Shown here: piece after piece, positions 26,401 to 36,523 of the stretch
Layout of the letters: each line of letters begins with the position of its first letter
Numbering within the stretch: position 1 is the stretch's first letter
Source of the DNA: Minisyncoccota bacterium
Lineage (GTDB): Bacteria > Patescibacteriota > Minisyncoccia > Phycocordibacterales > PALSA-1337
Direction of reading: 5' to 3'
Length of the DNA: 63,323 bases
Assembly (NCBI GenBank): GCA_017991475.1
Contig: JAGOQK010000004.1
Span: forward strand, 7,227-70,549
Program-made: the position numbers and the translations under genes
The notes under the pieces: model-generated
The model's database searches: none
What the model was told of the DNA's origin: nothing
Seen by the model: the letters and a program-made list of their open reading frames with translations, nothing else

Positions 26401-27342
26401 TTATTCTGAATGATGGCCTGTAAGACGCATAAAAACATCATCAAGGGTTGGTTTTCTAATAGACATAGTCTCTATCTCTATATTCGATTCTTCGAATATA
26501 TTGAGGACTCTCTTCGCATCGTGCATACCCTTTTCTATCGGCACAATGATGGTACGATCAGCCTTGTTTCCCGAAGCACCATTTCCCGCGATCTTAAGTG
26601 CACGGTCATAGTCAGTCTCATTCACGATAATGAGTTCGAGCTTGTCATTACCAACCTGAGACTTGAGCTCATCTGGTGTACCTTGTGCGATGATCTTGCC
26701 ATGATCAAGCACGGCGACTCTGTCCGCGAGCTTATCAGCTTCTTCGAGATACTGCGTCGTGAGCAGGATGGTGACTCCATCATCCATGAGTTTCTCGATG
26801 ACATTCCACATAGCGAGACGGGCGCGTGGATCGAGGCCGGTCGTCGGCTCATCGAGGAATAGTACCGGGGGTGTCGCAACAAGGGAGAGCGCGAGGTCAA
26901 GGCGGCGCTTCATGCCGCCACTATAGGTCTTGGCCTTCCTGTTTCCCGCCTCCACGAGATCAAACTGCTGCAGGAGCGTCGTTGCTCTTCGCACACTCTC
27001 TGCTTTGCCCAGATGATACAGTCGTCCCATCATGACGAGGTTCTCCATACCCGTAAGCTGCTCATCGACAGCTGCGTACTGACCGGTCAGTCCGATGAAT
27101 CCACGAACCTTCTCACCTTCACTGACGACGTCAGCACCTTCGATGCGCGCTTCGCCTGCGTCAGGCTTGAGAAGCGTCGAGAGTATGCGGACGGTCGTCG
27201 TCTTGCCGGCACCATTAGGGCCAAGAAGTGCAAGCATAGTACCCTTGGGTACGACGAAGTCGATGCCATCAAGAACTTTTGTATCCTTGAATGACTTGGT
27301 GAGACCTTTGACTATGATTCCGTGTTCTGATGATGTTGACAT
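26401..27342 (-). CDS. ABC ATP-binding protein (DrrA-like)
   Basis: GPNGAGKTT, YSGGMKRRLDLA, FLDEPTTGLDP, PTLDDVF. Confidence 0.95.
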   Translation of the reverse strand: MSTSSEHGIIVKGLTKSFKDTKVLDGIDFVVPKGTMLALLGPNGAGKTTTVRILSTLLKPDAGEARIEGADVVSEGEKVRGFIGLTGQYAAVDEQLTGMENLVMMGRLYHLGKAESVRRATTLLQQFDLVEAGNRKAKTYSGGMKRRLDLALSLVATPPVLFLDEPTTGLDPRARLAMWNVIEKLMDDGVTILLTTQYLEEADKLADRVAVLDHGKIIAQGTPDELKSQVGNDKLELIIVNETDYDRALKIAGNGASGNKADRTIIVPIEKGMHDAKRVLNIFEESNIEIETMSIRKPTLDDVFMRLTGHHSE

Positions 27343-27384
27343 GATGTGTAGTGAGGCTCTTCTGATTACTTAATTGCGTATCGG

Positions 27385-27471
27385 CGGAGGATAGGAGATT
27401 CGAACTCCTGATACCCGTTAAGGTATGCCACCTTTCCAAGGTGGTGCACTAGACCACTATGCGAATCCTCC
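27385..27471 (-). tRNA. tRNA-Ser(GGA)
   Basis: Minus strand: GGAGGAT/ATCCTCC stem, TTGGAAA loop, long variable arm; CCA not encoded. Confidence 0.96.
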
Positions 27472-27499
27472 ATAGGGACTCTTACGATACCAAAGTAAT

Positions 27500-28408
27500 C
27501 TACCACCGTCCACTCGATCCTCCACCACCCGACGAGCCCCCACCGAAACCTCCAAATCCCCCGCCACCGCCAAATCCTCCACTATGGCCGCCGCCAAAGA
27601 ACAGGGGCCAGAATCCTCCCATACCACCTTGTCCACTGCTACCTGGAGGCCTCTTGGAAACAATGAAATCGAAAAGAAGTCCGAGAACAGTGAACAACGC
27701 TATTGCTCCAAACCCCATTGGTACAAACCCCATAAATATACCAACAATACCACCAGCGATTGCACCCAGGACTCCACCGAGCCACCATGATTTCGTCTTT
27801 CCAAGAAGACGACTCAGTGCGTTTATGACGATAATCACGAGGAAAAAAGCTCCAGCGAAATCGAAATTTCCTTCAGAAGTACTGTTGGAACTCTGCTCCA
27901 CCGAATACTGTGCCGCCTCGGGAGATTTGGTAATAATTGCATTCAAAGCATCTACCGCACCAGCGATCCCCAGACCATACTTTCCATCTCTGAACTGCGG
28001 CGCCATAACATTCCTGATAATATTGCCCGCCTGAATGTCCGTCACCGCACCCTCGATACCGTATCCGGTCTCGATCCTCATTTGACGATCAGCTACTGCA
28101 ACTAGGAGTAGGACTCCTGTATCTTTCTTTGCGTCTCCAATCCCCCATTCCTGGAATAATTTCTCTGCATAGGTCTCGATGGTCTCATCTGTACCAATAG
28201 TCTGAACAGTTACGACAGCGACTTCCGCACCTGTCGTCTGTTTGAGATTTGTAAGTTTCTGATCAATAGTTTGCAGATCCTGCGCCGAGAGCACTCCAGC
28301 GAAGTCATTGACCATACCAGTGGGTTTGCCGGGACTGGTGTAGGCGAAAGTAAGAGATCCGGAAAGGAAGAAAAAGATAGATAGTGTAAGTAGAAATGTT
28401 TTTTTCAT
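27500..28408 (-). CDS. TPM domain-containing protein (YgcG family)
   Basis: VNDFAGVL, WGIG...DTGVLLLVA...RIETGYGIEG, Gly-rich tail GGGSSGGGGSSGRW. Confidence 0.93.
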   Translation of the reverse strand: MKKTFLLTLSIFFFLSGSLTFAYTSPGKPTGMVNDFAGVLSAQDLQTIDQKLTNLKQTTGAEVAVVTVQTIGTDETIETYAEKLFQEWGIGDAKKDTGVLLLVAVADRQMRIETGYGIEGAVTDIQAGNIIRNVMAPQFRDGKYGLGIAGAVDALNAIITKSPEAAQYSVEQSSNSTSEGNFDFAGAFFLVIIVINALSRLLGKTKSWWLGGVLGAIAGGIVGIFMGFVPMGFGAIALFTVLGLLFDFIVSKRPPGSSGQGGMGGFWPLFFGGGHSGGFGGGGGFGGFGGGSSGGGGSSGRW

Positions 28409-28412
28409 AACA

Positions 28413-28512
28413 AAATCTTAAACTCTAAATCCTAGACAAATTCAAATATCAAAACTCAAAACGCATACCGTTTTTGATTTCTGATTTCGATATTGTCTAG
28501 GATTTAGGATTT
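28413..28512. repeat. Heptad-periodic inverted repeat (aaatcct family)
   Basis: taaatcctagacaa ... ttgtctaggatttaggattt. Confidence 0.8.
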
Positions 28513-28526
28513 CGTGCTTCTGTAGC

Positions 28527-29084
28527 CTATATCAACTCCACTTTCACTGCATTCTCAGCCCCAGTCTGTGCCTCGAAATACTCTACGACATCAAAACCGA
28601 ACATTGAGGCGAGTAGATTCTTCGGGAATTTCTTGATAACCGTGTTGAATGACTTAACAGTCTCATTGAAGCGACTGCGCTCGACAGCGATCCTGTTCTC
28701 ACTACCTTCGAGCTGCGTCATGAGATCTCTGACGGTGTCAGACGACTTGAGAACGGGGTAATTTTCCATAACGACCAAGAGACGACTCAGTGCAGACTCC
28801 ACCTGGGTTGCTGCGGTCGCCTTGTCACTGACCGACTGTGCTCCAGAATAGCGAGATCGTGCATCTGCGATATCAGCGAACACCTTCTGCTCCTGGACGA
28901 GGACGGCTTTGGTCGCATTTACGAGACCGGGAATAAGGTCAAAGCGACGCTGATAAACAGTCTCAACCTGTTGCCATTGAGCTGTAACTCCTTCACGGAG
29001 TGTTACAAGACCATTGTAGGAAGACCAGGCATAGAGGGCGAGAATAACGACTATGGCTGCAATTATAATGAGAGTTTTTTTCAT
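28527..29084 (-). CDS. LemA family protein
   Basis: YNGLV, QRRFDLIPGLV, ENYPVLKS, ENRIAVER. Confidence 0.95.
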   Translation of the reverse strand: MKKTLIIIAAIVVILALYAWSSYNGLVTLREGVTAQWQQVETVYQRRFDLIPGLVNATKAVLVQEQKVFADIADARSRYSGAQSVSDKATAATQVESALSRLLVVMENYPVLKSSDTVRDLMTQLEGSENRIAVERSRFNETVKSFNTVIKKFPKNLLASMFGFDVVEYFEAQTGAENAVKVELI

Positions 29085-29133
29085 GCTTTGAATTTTGAGA
29101 TTAGAATTTGTTTAGTGCTTAGGGTTTAGGGTT

Positions 29134-29808
29134 TTATTTCTTGACTGGACTTACTGTCGTCTCATCCTTACCCTGAGGACCAGTAACGAATGTGAATGAC
29201 TTGATCATGTCAGTAAAGGCTGCATCCGTAGAAGCTACGATTGCCTTGTTGTTATTCTGTGCCTGAGTAATATTTGATCCCGTCAAACCCTTACTTGCAG
29301 GATCGAGTGTGATCGATGAGAAACTAAACATATAACAGACACCTTCTTTCTGAAGAGAATACATGCGGTTGAAATAGGTGCGACCCTGTACCAAGTTGCT
29401 CATAGAGATGGTATTGAGAGTATTTTCTCCCACCTTGATAGTGCCGCGATCCTTGATGGTAGTAACTGGCGGGAATGAACACTTGCCTGAGAAGACATTG
29501 ATATCAGACTGAAGCTTGGCGACTGTAGAGACCTGCGCCTTGTCTATCGGAATGATGAATGATACGCCAAGGTCAGCCTCAGCCCTCTCCCAAACCGTAG
29601 GATACTTGACCGAGAAGCCAAGCTCAGCATTCTGGTATTCAGATGTCTGGCTTGATACTTTGGTAGTCTCTGAAACTGGAGCAGATGCTGTATCATCATC
29701 GGATTTTGATGACGAAGGAGCTTTGGTGTCGCTCGATGCTCCACGGAAATAAGTGACTGCAACGACCGCAAGGATAATGATAACGATGCCAATGATGAGT
29801 TTCTTCAT
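29134..29808 (-). CDS. PsbP-like membrane-anchored protein
   Basis: TM anchor, Ser/Asp linker, YQNAELGFSVKYPTVW, final MIKSFTF strand. Confidence 0.7.
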   Translation of the reverse strand: MKKLIIGIVIIILAVVAVTYFRGASSDTKAPSSSKSDDDTASAPVSETTKVSSQTSEYQNAELGFSVKYPTVWERAEADLGVSFIIPIDKAQVSTVAKLQSDINVFSGKCSFPPVTTIKDRGTIKVGENTLNTISMSNLVQGRTYFNRMYSLQKEGVCYMFSFSSITLDPASKGLTGSNITQAQNNNKAIVASTDAAFTDMIKSFTFVTGPQGKDETTVSPVKK

Positions 29809-29960
29809 GATGGGATAGCGCACAAGGGCGCAGGCTTATAAATAAAGTCATCTCAGTATACCATGTACAGAGCAATCAATACATATTGACATAGATGCAA
29901 GTAATATTATGTAAACATACTCACTTGCATAAACCTGCGGGTATGCTACGATACTCTGCA

Positions 29961-30182
29961 ATGAAGTCTCTCCTCCCCTATATACAGATCATCCTGTCGG
30001 TGCTTCTGGTCGTTGCTATCCTGATACAGCGTACAGGCGCACAGGTAGGTGGAGCGTTCGGTGGTGGTGACAATTTCAGCTCCGCATTCCACACCCGCCG
30101 CGGATTTGAGAAGAGTATCTTCATTGCTACTATCATTATTGCAGTACTGTTTGCAGCATCAGCACTAGTCAATTTGCTCTAG
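29961..30182 (+). CDS. secG: Preprotein translocase subunit SecG
   Basis: ILIQ...GGAFGG...TRRGFEK, two TMs. Confidence 0.93.
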   Translation: MKSLLPYIQIILSVLLVVAILIQRTGAQVGGAFGGGDNFSSAFHTRRGFEKSIFIATIIIAVLFAASALVNLL

Positions 30183-30222
30183 TATTTTATTTACTACATT
30201 TTACTACTTAACTCTATATTAG

Positions 30223-30341
30223 GAAATTCGAAATCCTAAAACCTAAACAATTTCTAAATTCAAATTACCGAAATTCGAGGAATCACACTGTTTTTGAATT
30301 TCGATATTCGTATTTGTCTAGGATTTAGGATTTCGAATTTC
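30223..30341. repeat. Heptad-periodic inverted repeat (aaatcct family)
   Basis: gaaattcgaaatcctaaa ... tttaggatttcgaatttc. Confidence 0.82.
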
Positions 30342-30355
30342 TTTCTACTCCTCTC

Positions 30356-32092
30356 GTGACCGATATTTCTCAAAAAGAATTCCGCTGGAAACGCGGCCAA
30401 CACATAATCAATTATATTAAACGCTTCTCATCTACGGAGAAAGCGATTTTTGGCTTTTTCTGCATAGCAGCAACCGTGACCGCTCTAGTTATGGCCCATT
30501 CCATCAATACTCGTTTTTCAATAAAAGTTCCTGCACGTGGAGGCTCAATCACCGAGGGACTCATCGGCTTGCCCCGCAATATCAACCCAATACTCTCAAT
30601 TACCGACGTTGATCGAGATATTTCAAGCCTCGTCTATTCCGGACTCATGAAGTACGCAGATGGAAAGATCGTGCCTGACCTTGCACAATCATACGAACTA
30701 TCCGACGACGGACTCGTCTACACGTTTAAACTCAAACCGAACACCTCATTTCATGATGGCGAGCCACTCACTACCGAGGACATCGCTTTTACCATCCAAA
30801 AGGTCCAGGACCCCGCGCTCAAGAGTCCACGCCGCATCGACTGGGCTGACGTATCGGTGAATGTCATTTCCAACACCGAGATACAGTTCGTTCTGAAACA
30901 GTCTTATACTCCATTTCTTTCGAACACTACACTTGGTATTCTTCCCAAACATATTTGGGGATCTGTCAGTGATGATCAATTCATTTTCAGCCAATACAAT
31001 ACAACTCCGATTGGGTCTGGTATTTACAAGATATCTTCAGTCTCATACGATTCAGGTGGCATACCAACTTCCTACGATCTTGTTTCGTGGCGTGGATACT
31101 ACAACCAAGCACCGTATATTCCCCGTATTTCCTTCCACTTCTTCACCGACGAAAAGGAAGCTTTGACAGCACTCGACCAAGGATATATAGATAGCATCCC
31201 TTCACTATCACCATCTGCAGCACATGTACTGGCCACGAATAAAGCTCAGGCATATGATGTGCTTTCGACACCTCTTCCTCGCATATTCGGCGTATTTCTA
31301 AACCAGAACCAAGCGACCATACTCGCGGACAAAGTCGTGCGACAAGCGCTCGACATGTCGATAGACCGTACAGCGCTCATCGAAACCGTGCTCAAAGGAT
31401 ACGGAACACCTATCAACGGGCCAACCCTCCTTTCACTTTCAACAAGTTCACCGTCTATCGCTTCATCGAGTGGTCTCGTAGCTGCCCAAGCACTTCTCGT
31501 CAAGAATGGTTGGAAGCACGGGGATGACGGTACTATGAGCAAGAAACCTGCCAAAGCGACCGCAAGCACGACTATTACATTTACTATTTACACAGCCGAC
31601 AGTCCAGATCTCAAGCAGGCCGCCGAACTCGTGAAGGAAACCTGGAATGCTATGGGTGCACATGTTGATATCAAGGTGTACGAGCAAAACGACCTCTATC
31701 AGAATATCATCCGCACTCGTAAGTATGATGCCCTTCTTTTCGGTGAAGCTATCGGGAAAGACCGTGATCTGTATGCTTTCTGGCATTCATCACAGCGCAA
31801 CGCTCCAGGACTCAATATTGCCATGTACGCCAACAGTAAAACTGACAAGCTTCTCGAGGATATGCGCACTACAAGTGACGAGAAGGAACGCGCATCCAAG
31901 TACGCCCAGTTTGACCAGCTTGTCCGCGTCGATATTCCCGCAATATTCCTCTATGTTCCCGACTTCATCTATGCCCTACCAAAATCAGCGAGCGGTATAG
32001 ATCTCGGATCGATATCGACCCCTGCCGATCGATGGAGCTCCATCGGAGACTGGTACATAGAAACCGAGCATGTATGGAATATTTTTAAATAA
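30356..32092 (+). CDS. ABC peptide/nickel-type substrate-binding protein (family 5)
   Basis: SLVYSGL, PDLAQSY, FHDGEPLTTEDIAFT, PIGSG; GTG start. Confidence 0.92.
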   Translation: MTDISQKEFRWKRGQHIINYIKRFSSTEKAIFGFFCIAATVTALVMAHSINTRFSIKVPARGGSITEGLIGLPRNINPILSITDVDRDISSLVYSGLMKYADGKIVPDLAQSYELSDDGLVYTFKLKPNTSFHDGEPLTTEDIAFTIQKVQDPALKSPRRIDWADVSVNVISNTEIQFVLKQSYTPFLSNTTLGILPKHIWGSVSDDQFIFSQYNTTPIGSGIYKISSVSYDSGGIPTSYDLVSWRGYYNQAPYIPRISFHFFTDEKEALTALDQGYIDSIPSLSPSAAHVLATNKAQAYDVLSTPLPRIFGVFLNQNQATILADKVVRQALDMSIDRTALIETVLKGYGTPINGPTLLSLSTSSPSIASSSGLVAAQALLVKNGWKHGDDGTMSKKPAKATASTTITFTIYTADSPDLKQAAELVKETWNAMGAHVDIKVYEQNDLYQNIIRTRKYDALLFGEAIGKDRDLYAFWHSSQRNAPGLNIAMYANSKTDKLLEDMRTTSDEKERASKYAQFDQLVRVDIPAIFLYVPDFIYALPKSASGIDLGSISTPADRWSSIGDWYIETEHVWNIFK

Positions 32093-32128
32093 TCAATCAC
32101 ACAACATTAACACAGTAACTAGACTAGA

Positions 32129-34216
32129 ATGAACAATATCACCCCACCAAACAACCAAAAGCCAGCAGAGCATACAGGAGCCCCTGGAGGTTCTCCCCGC
32201 CCCCGTTTCCAATATAGAGGTCACCGTCCAGGCAGCCACACGCGCACACTGAGAAGTGATGGTGCACCACGTCCCCACCAGCACGGCAGACCATCTGCCG
32301 GTGCACACTCCTCAAACTCACTTCAGCAGCATCGCGTCGTACTAGGTCGTGGTGCCCACAAGCACCCAGGAACTCTCCCTACAGGCAAGACTACTGGTAA
32401 GCACGTCGCAGGAGCGCGCATGCAGATCGTCCGTCCTGATGCCGCAAAGCCTATGCGTCGCGGACCGGCTTCCAAGCCGCTCATACGCCGCGAGGGTGAC
32501 AAGATCCCTGCACTCGCCGCTGACTCGATCCGCATCATTCCGCTCGGCGGAGTCGAAGAGATCGGCAAGAATATGACCGCCATCGAATATGGTGATGATA
32601 TCATCGTGGTCGATATTGGCATCCAGTTCACCAACGAGAATACTCCGGGTGTCGACTTCATCCTACCCAACACGCACTACCTCGAGGAGCGTCAGGACAA
32701 GGTACGCGCTGTCCTCATCACTCACGGTCACCTCGACCATATCGGTGCCATACCGTACATCATGCCTCGCATCGGCAATCCACCACTCTATACTCGTCTC
32801 CTCACTTCAGTTTTGATACAGAAGCGCCAAGAGGAATTTCCTCATGTACCCAAACTCGACATCCAGGTCGTCGAGAAAAACAGCACCATTACGGTCGGTA
32901 AGCTCAAGGTTCGCTTCTTCTCAGTGACCCACACTATCCCTGATGCCATGGGACTCATCATCGAGACTCCGTACGGCTCTATCGTGCACACCGGAGACCT
33001 CAAGCTCGACCACATGGACGGTATCGTCTCTGACGAAGAGACTGCTGAGTATGATCGTGCGTTCCCCGAAGTTGGCGGACCAGCCGGCAAGACCAATGTG
33101 CTCATGCTCATGGCTGACTCGACCAACGTCGAGAACCCAGGCTTCTCTATGCCTGAGAAGACCGTACACAAGAACCTCGAGATGATCATCCAGAATATGC
33201 AGGGTCGCCTCATCATCGCGACATTCTCGTCACTCCTCGAGCGCCTCCTCAAGATCACTGAATATGCCGAGAAATACGGCAAGAAGGTCATCGTCGAGGG
33301 TCGCAGTCTCAAACAGAACATCGAGATTTGTAAGTCTCTCGGTCTCGTGAAGGCCAAGAAGGAGACATTCATCTCCGTAGATGATATCGAGAATTACCCA
33401 CCAGAGCGTATCGTTATCCTCTCAACAGGTGCACAGGCCAACGACTTCTCAGCTCTCGTACGTATGTCCCAGAAGAATCATGCCAAGATCAAGCTCACCC
33501 CACGCGATACGGTCGTCCTCTCGTCATCAGTGGTACCGGGCAACGAACGTGCCGTCCAGACCCTCAAGGACAATCTTTCTCGCCAGGGTGTAAAGATCCT
33601 CCACTATCGTATTGCTGATGTTCACTCATCTGGTCATGCCAACCGCGATGAGACGGCCTGGATACACCGCAAGATCCAGCCCAAGTTCTTCATGCCACTC
33701 CACGGCTATCACTACATGCTCCGTGCACACTGTGATATCGCAAAGGATACCAACGGCCTCGCTGAGACCGATGTGGTGATCCCTGACAATGGTTCAGTCG
33801 TCGAGATTCAGGCTGCTGGTACCAAGATCGTGAAGCTCAAGGAGAAAGCACCGTCAGGACTCGTGCTCGTCGATGGATTCTCCGTCGGAGATGTGCAGGA
33901 AGTGGTCATCCGCGACCGTCAGGCGCTGGCTCAGGATGGTATCTTCATCATCTTCGGTATCGTCAACGCCCAGACTGGCAAGCTCCGCAAGTCACCAGAT
34001 ATCATCTCCCGTGGTTTCGTCTATCTCCGCGAGTCTCAAGAGCTCCTCCACGAGGTACGCATCCTGATCAAGGATACCGTCGAGAAGTCATCACATGGCC
34101 AAAATCCAATCAATATGGATGTGGTCAAAGAGAATATCACCGATGCAGTTTCGAGATTCCTGATGCAGCAGACCGCCAAGAGGCCGATGGTCATACCCGT
34201 ACTTCTCACGATTTAA
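32129..34216 (+). CDS. rnj: Ribonuclease J with a long disordered N-terminus
   Basis: LGGVEEIGKN, THGHLDHIG, HTIPD, HTGD, DSTN, HSSGH, SRGFVY, RPMVIP. Confidence 0.96.
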   Translation: MNNITPPNNQKPAEHTGAPGGSPRPRFQYRGHRPGSHTRTLRSDGAPRPHQHGRPSAGAHSSNSLQQHRVVLGRGAHKHPGTLPTGKTTGKHVAGARMQIVRPDAAKPMRRGPASKPLIRREGDKIPALAADSIRIIPLGGVEEIGKNMTAIEYGDDIIVVDIGIQFTNENTPGVDFILPNTHYLEERQDKVRAVLITHGHLDHIGAIPYIMPRIGNPPLYTRLLTSVLIQKRQEEFPHVPKLDIQVVEKNSTITVGKLKVRFFSVTHTIPDAMGLIIETPYGSIVHTGDLKLDHMDGIVSDEETAEYDRAFPEVGGPAGKTNVLMLMADSTNVENPGFSMPEKTVHKNLEMIIQNMQGRLIIATFSSLLERLLKITEYAEKYGKKVIVEGRSLKQNIEICKSLGLVKAKKETFISVDDIENYPPERIVILSTGAQANDFSALVRMSQKNHAKIKLTPRDTVVLSSSVVPGNERAVQTLKDNLSRQGVKILHYRIADVHSSGHANRDETAWIHRKIQPKFFMPLHGYHYMLRAHCDIAKDTNGLAETDVVIPDNGSVVEIQAAGTKIVKLKEKAPSGLVLVDGFSVGDVQEVVIRDRQALAQDGIFIIFGIVNAQTGKLRKSPDIISRGFVYLRESQELLHEVRILIKDTVEKSSHGQNPINMDVVKENITDAVSRFLMQQTAKRPMVIPVLLTI

Positions 34217-34241
34217 GAAATAATGAGATAGATTCCTGCGA

Positions 34242-35678
34242 TTACTGCAGCTCATTTATCATGCGCTGGATCTTCTCCGCATTTGCCATTGCACTATTAC
34301 CATAGGTCAGTATCCATCCAGAGCTTGGACATGCCTTACCTGAGAAATACTTACATGCGGCATTGCGCTCAGTCGTATATGTTTGTCCTGCTGCGCCATT
34401 ATCCTTGAGAAGCATCGACGCAGCCATGAATGCATGCGCTGGATTCCACGGGCTCGGCATCGTTGATATGCCCAATGCCGCCCTCAGACGATCCACATAC
34501 AATATCCATGTAGATGGGATGAACTGCGCAGGTCCCATAGCACCACCCCAGCCTATCGACTCACCAGTTACATTGTCGTATACCGGCTGCCAACATGAGA
34601 CGCGCGTCGTACTCGGATCTCCATTGAGCGCTTTTACGATGGTCAAGAATGGTGGTACGTCGCGCGTTGGATGCATGACGCGAGATTGGGTACTTCCTGT
34701 ATTTGCTCCGCGACCATTGCCCGTGACAGGGTCTGTCATGTAACAAGATCCTATCTGCTTACCGAAGGTAGCATCATCATCCAAGCTCGATTCTTGAGCG
34801 AATATACCGAGAAGAAACGCGGCTCTCACACCCGTCTTCCTCTCTGCCTCTACTGCGTACGCGTAGGCTGTGCCGAATGGTATCGGGTCCGAACCACGCA
34901 ATGGGAACAATGCTGCTCGTATCTCCGCTGCCCTGAGACGCTTCTGGGCAAGATCTGCCTGATATGCTGCTTCATTTCCCTTACTAATCGTGAGGAGGCG
35001 ACGCTTCTCAGTTTCATCACCTTTTATATTTTTCTCTTCCTGCTGGATAGTGTAGCGTGCATCGGTCTCAGTATTACGACGCTTCTCGAGAGTGCTTTTC
35101 TCAGCTTGAGTCTCTGATTTGTCAGACCTGATCTGTTCAAAAGTAGACTTGAGACTTTCTTGGACAGAGGCGAGTGTATCGAGGTCATTCAATACTCCCG
35201 AAACCGTCGACTGTGCCAAGAGGACCTCGGGCAAGCTATATGAACCAACTTCATTGGTTTTACGCATAATCACCGCGAGCGTGTCTCTGCCACGCTCGAT
35301 ACGCTCATCGAGAGTACCTATGTGAGCTTCTTTGCTCTTGATATCCTTGCCAAGGCTTTCAATAAGAAGATTCTTGGCCTTGATGTTAAGCTGTGCAACC
35401 TTGATCTTTGCGTCAAGAACGGCTATATCTCGCTGGAGCGATGAACTCTGTGCCTGAGCACTTGAGAGAGCTACTTCCGCCAGCTTCTGCTCTGCCTCGA
35501 CTTGCGCGAGCTCCTTTTCGAGCTTGGCTTTCTGTGCAGCGGTCAATTCTTGGGCATGAGCAGTGAGATAAGAGGTGGAGTGTGGGAAGTACGAGGAAAA
35601 AATAGCTAGAACTGAAAAAATACCTACGGAGGCAACAAAGAAAACAGCGTATTTTGACCTATTCCACGGGATTTTCAT
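34242..35678 (-). CDS. Coiled-coil protein with a C-terminal lytic transglycosylase-like domain
   Basis: TM anchor, long coiled coil, catalytic-type QES, GGAMGPAQFIPSTW, PWNP. Confidence 0.88.
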   Translation of the reverse strand: MKIPWNRSKYAVFFVASVGIFSVLAIFSSYFPHSTSYLTAHAQELTAAQKAKLEKELAQVEAEQKLAEVALSSAQAQSSSLQRDIAVLDAKIKVAQLNIKAKNLLIESLGKDIKSKEAHIGTLDERIERGRDTLAVIMRKTNEVGSYSLPEVLLAQSTVSGVLNDLDTLASVQESLKSTFEQIRSDKSETQAEKSTLEKRRNTETDARYTIQQEEKNIKGDETEKRRLLTISKGNEAAYQADLAQKRLRAAEIRAALFPLRGSDPIPFGTAYAYAVEAERKTGVRAAFLLGIFAQESSLDDDATFGKQIGSCYMTDPVTGNGRGANTGSTQSRVMHPTRDVPPFLTIVKALNGDPSTTRVSCWQPVYDNVTGESIGWGGAMGPAQFIPSTWILYVDRLRAALGISTMPSPWNPAHAFMAASMLLKDNGAAGQTYTTERNAACKYFSGKACPSSGWILTYGNSAMANAEKIQRMINELQ

Positions 35679-35713
35679 GTAGAGACATTATAGCAGAATT
35701 AAACTTGAGATTG

Positions 35714-35772
35714 GTAAACAGTAAACCGTAAACAAGATCATCGCAATGCGACCCTCCTGTTTACGGTTTACT
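35714..35772. repeat. Heptad-periodic inverted repeat (gtaaaca family)
   Basis: gtaaacagtaaaccgtaaaca ... tgtttacggtttac. Confidence 0.78.
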
Positions 35773-35793
35773 AATATCTATTTACTTGTAGCT

Positions 35794-36483
35794 CTATTTC
35801 TTCTCCTTCTTCTCAGGAGCCTTGGCATCGCCCGCAGGAGCAGCTGCACCAGCTTCACCCTCGACTTCAGCCTTGCCCTTCTTCTCTACTTCGATAGCCG
35901 ACATGTCGATAGCGACAGGAGCCTCCTCGACCTCTTCCTTGGCAACAGCGATAGAAGCGACGACCTCTTCAGGATTGATCTTGAGATCAACACCCTTAGG
36001 GAGTGCGAGATCACCCGCCTTGATAACATCAGTGAGTTCAACAAGCTTGGAGATATCGACGGTGATATCGTGCGGAAGATCACGCGGAGCTGCCTCGATC
36101 TCGAGCTCGCGGTGAACCTTCACGAGGATACCGGCCTTGTCCTTGACTGCTGACGAGACTCCAGAGAACACGAGAGGAACCGCAACACTGACTTTCTTAC
36201 CCTTCTCAATCACATAGAAATCAGCATGACGAGCTTCGCCCGACAAAGGATGAACATCTACTTCATGAATGAGAGCTTCATGCTCCGCACCAGCTGCATC
36301 CTTGAGGATGATAACTGATGACTCACCTGCCTTCTTCCAGACCTTAGTAAACTCCTTTGCATTGATAGATATAGCGGTTGAAGCTTCCTTGGGACCGTAA
36401 AATACCGCTGGCATAGCGCCAGTAGCACGCACTTTCTCAGGCGTGAGCTTCACATCGCGCTTCTCGATGGTTAATGACAACAT
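35794..36483 (-). CDS. rplY: 50S ribosomal protein L25/Ctc
   Basis: MPAVFYG, HADFY, VAVPLVF, EIEAAPRDLPHDI, acidic Ala-rich tail. Confidence 0.96.
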   Translation of the reverse strand: MLSLTIEKRDVKLTPEKVRATGAMPAVFYGPKEASTAISINAKEFTKVWKKAGESSVIILKDAAGAEHEALIHEVDVHPLSGEARHADFYVIEKGKKVSVAVPLVFSGVSSAVKDKAGILVKVHRELEIEAAPRDLPHDITVDISKLVELTDVIKAGDLALPKGVDLKINPEEVVASIAVAKEEVEEAPVAIDMSAIEVEKKGKAEVEGEAGAAAPAGDAKAPEKKEKK

Positions 36484-36523
36484 GTGGGCTATCTTACACT
36501 ATTTCTAGGAAAATGCAAGGGAA

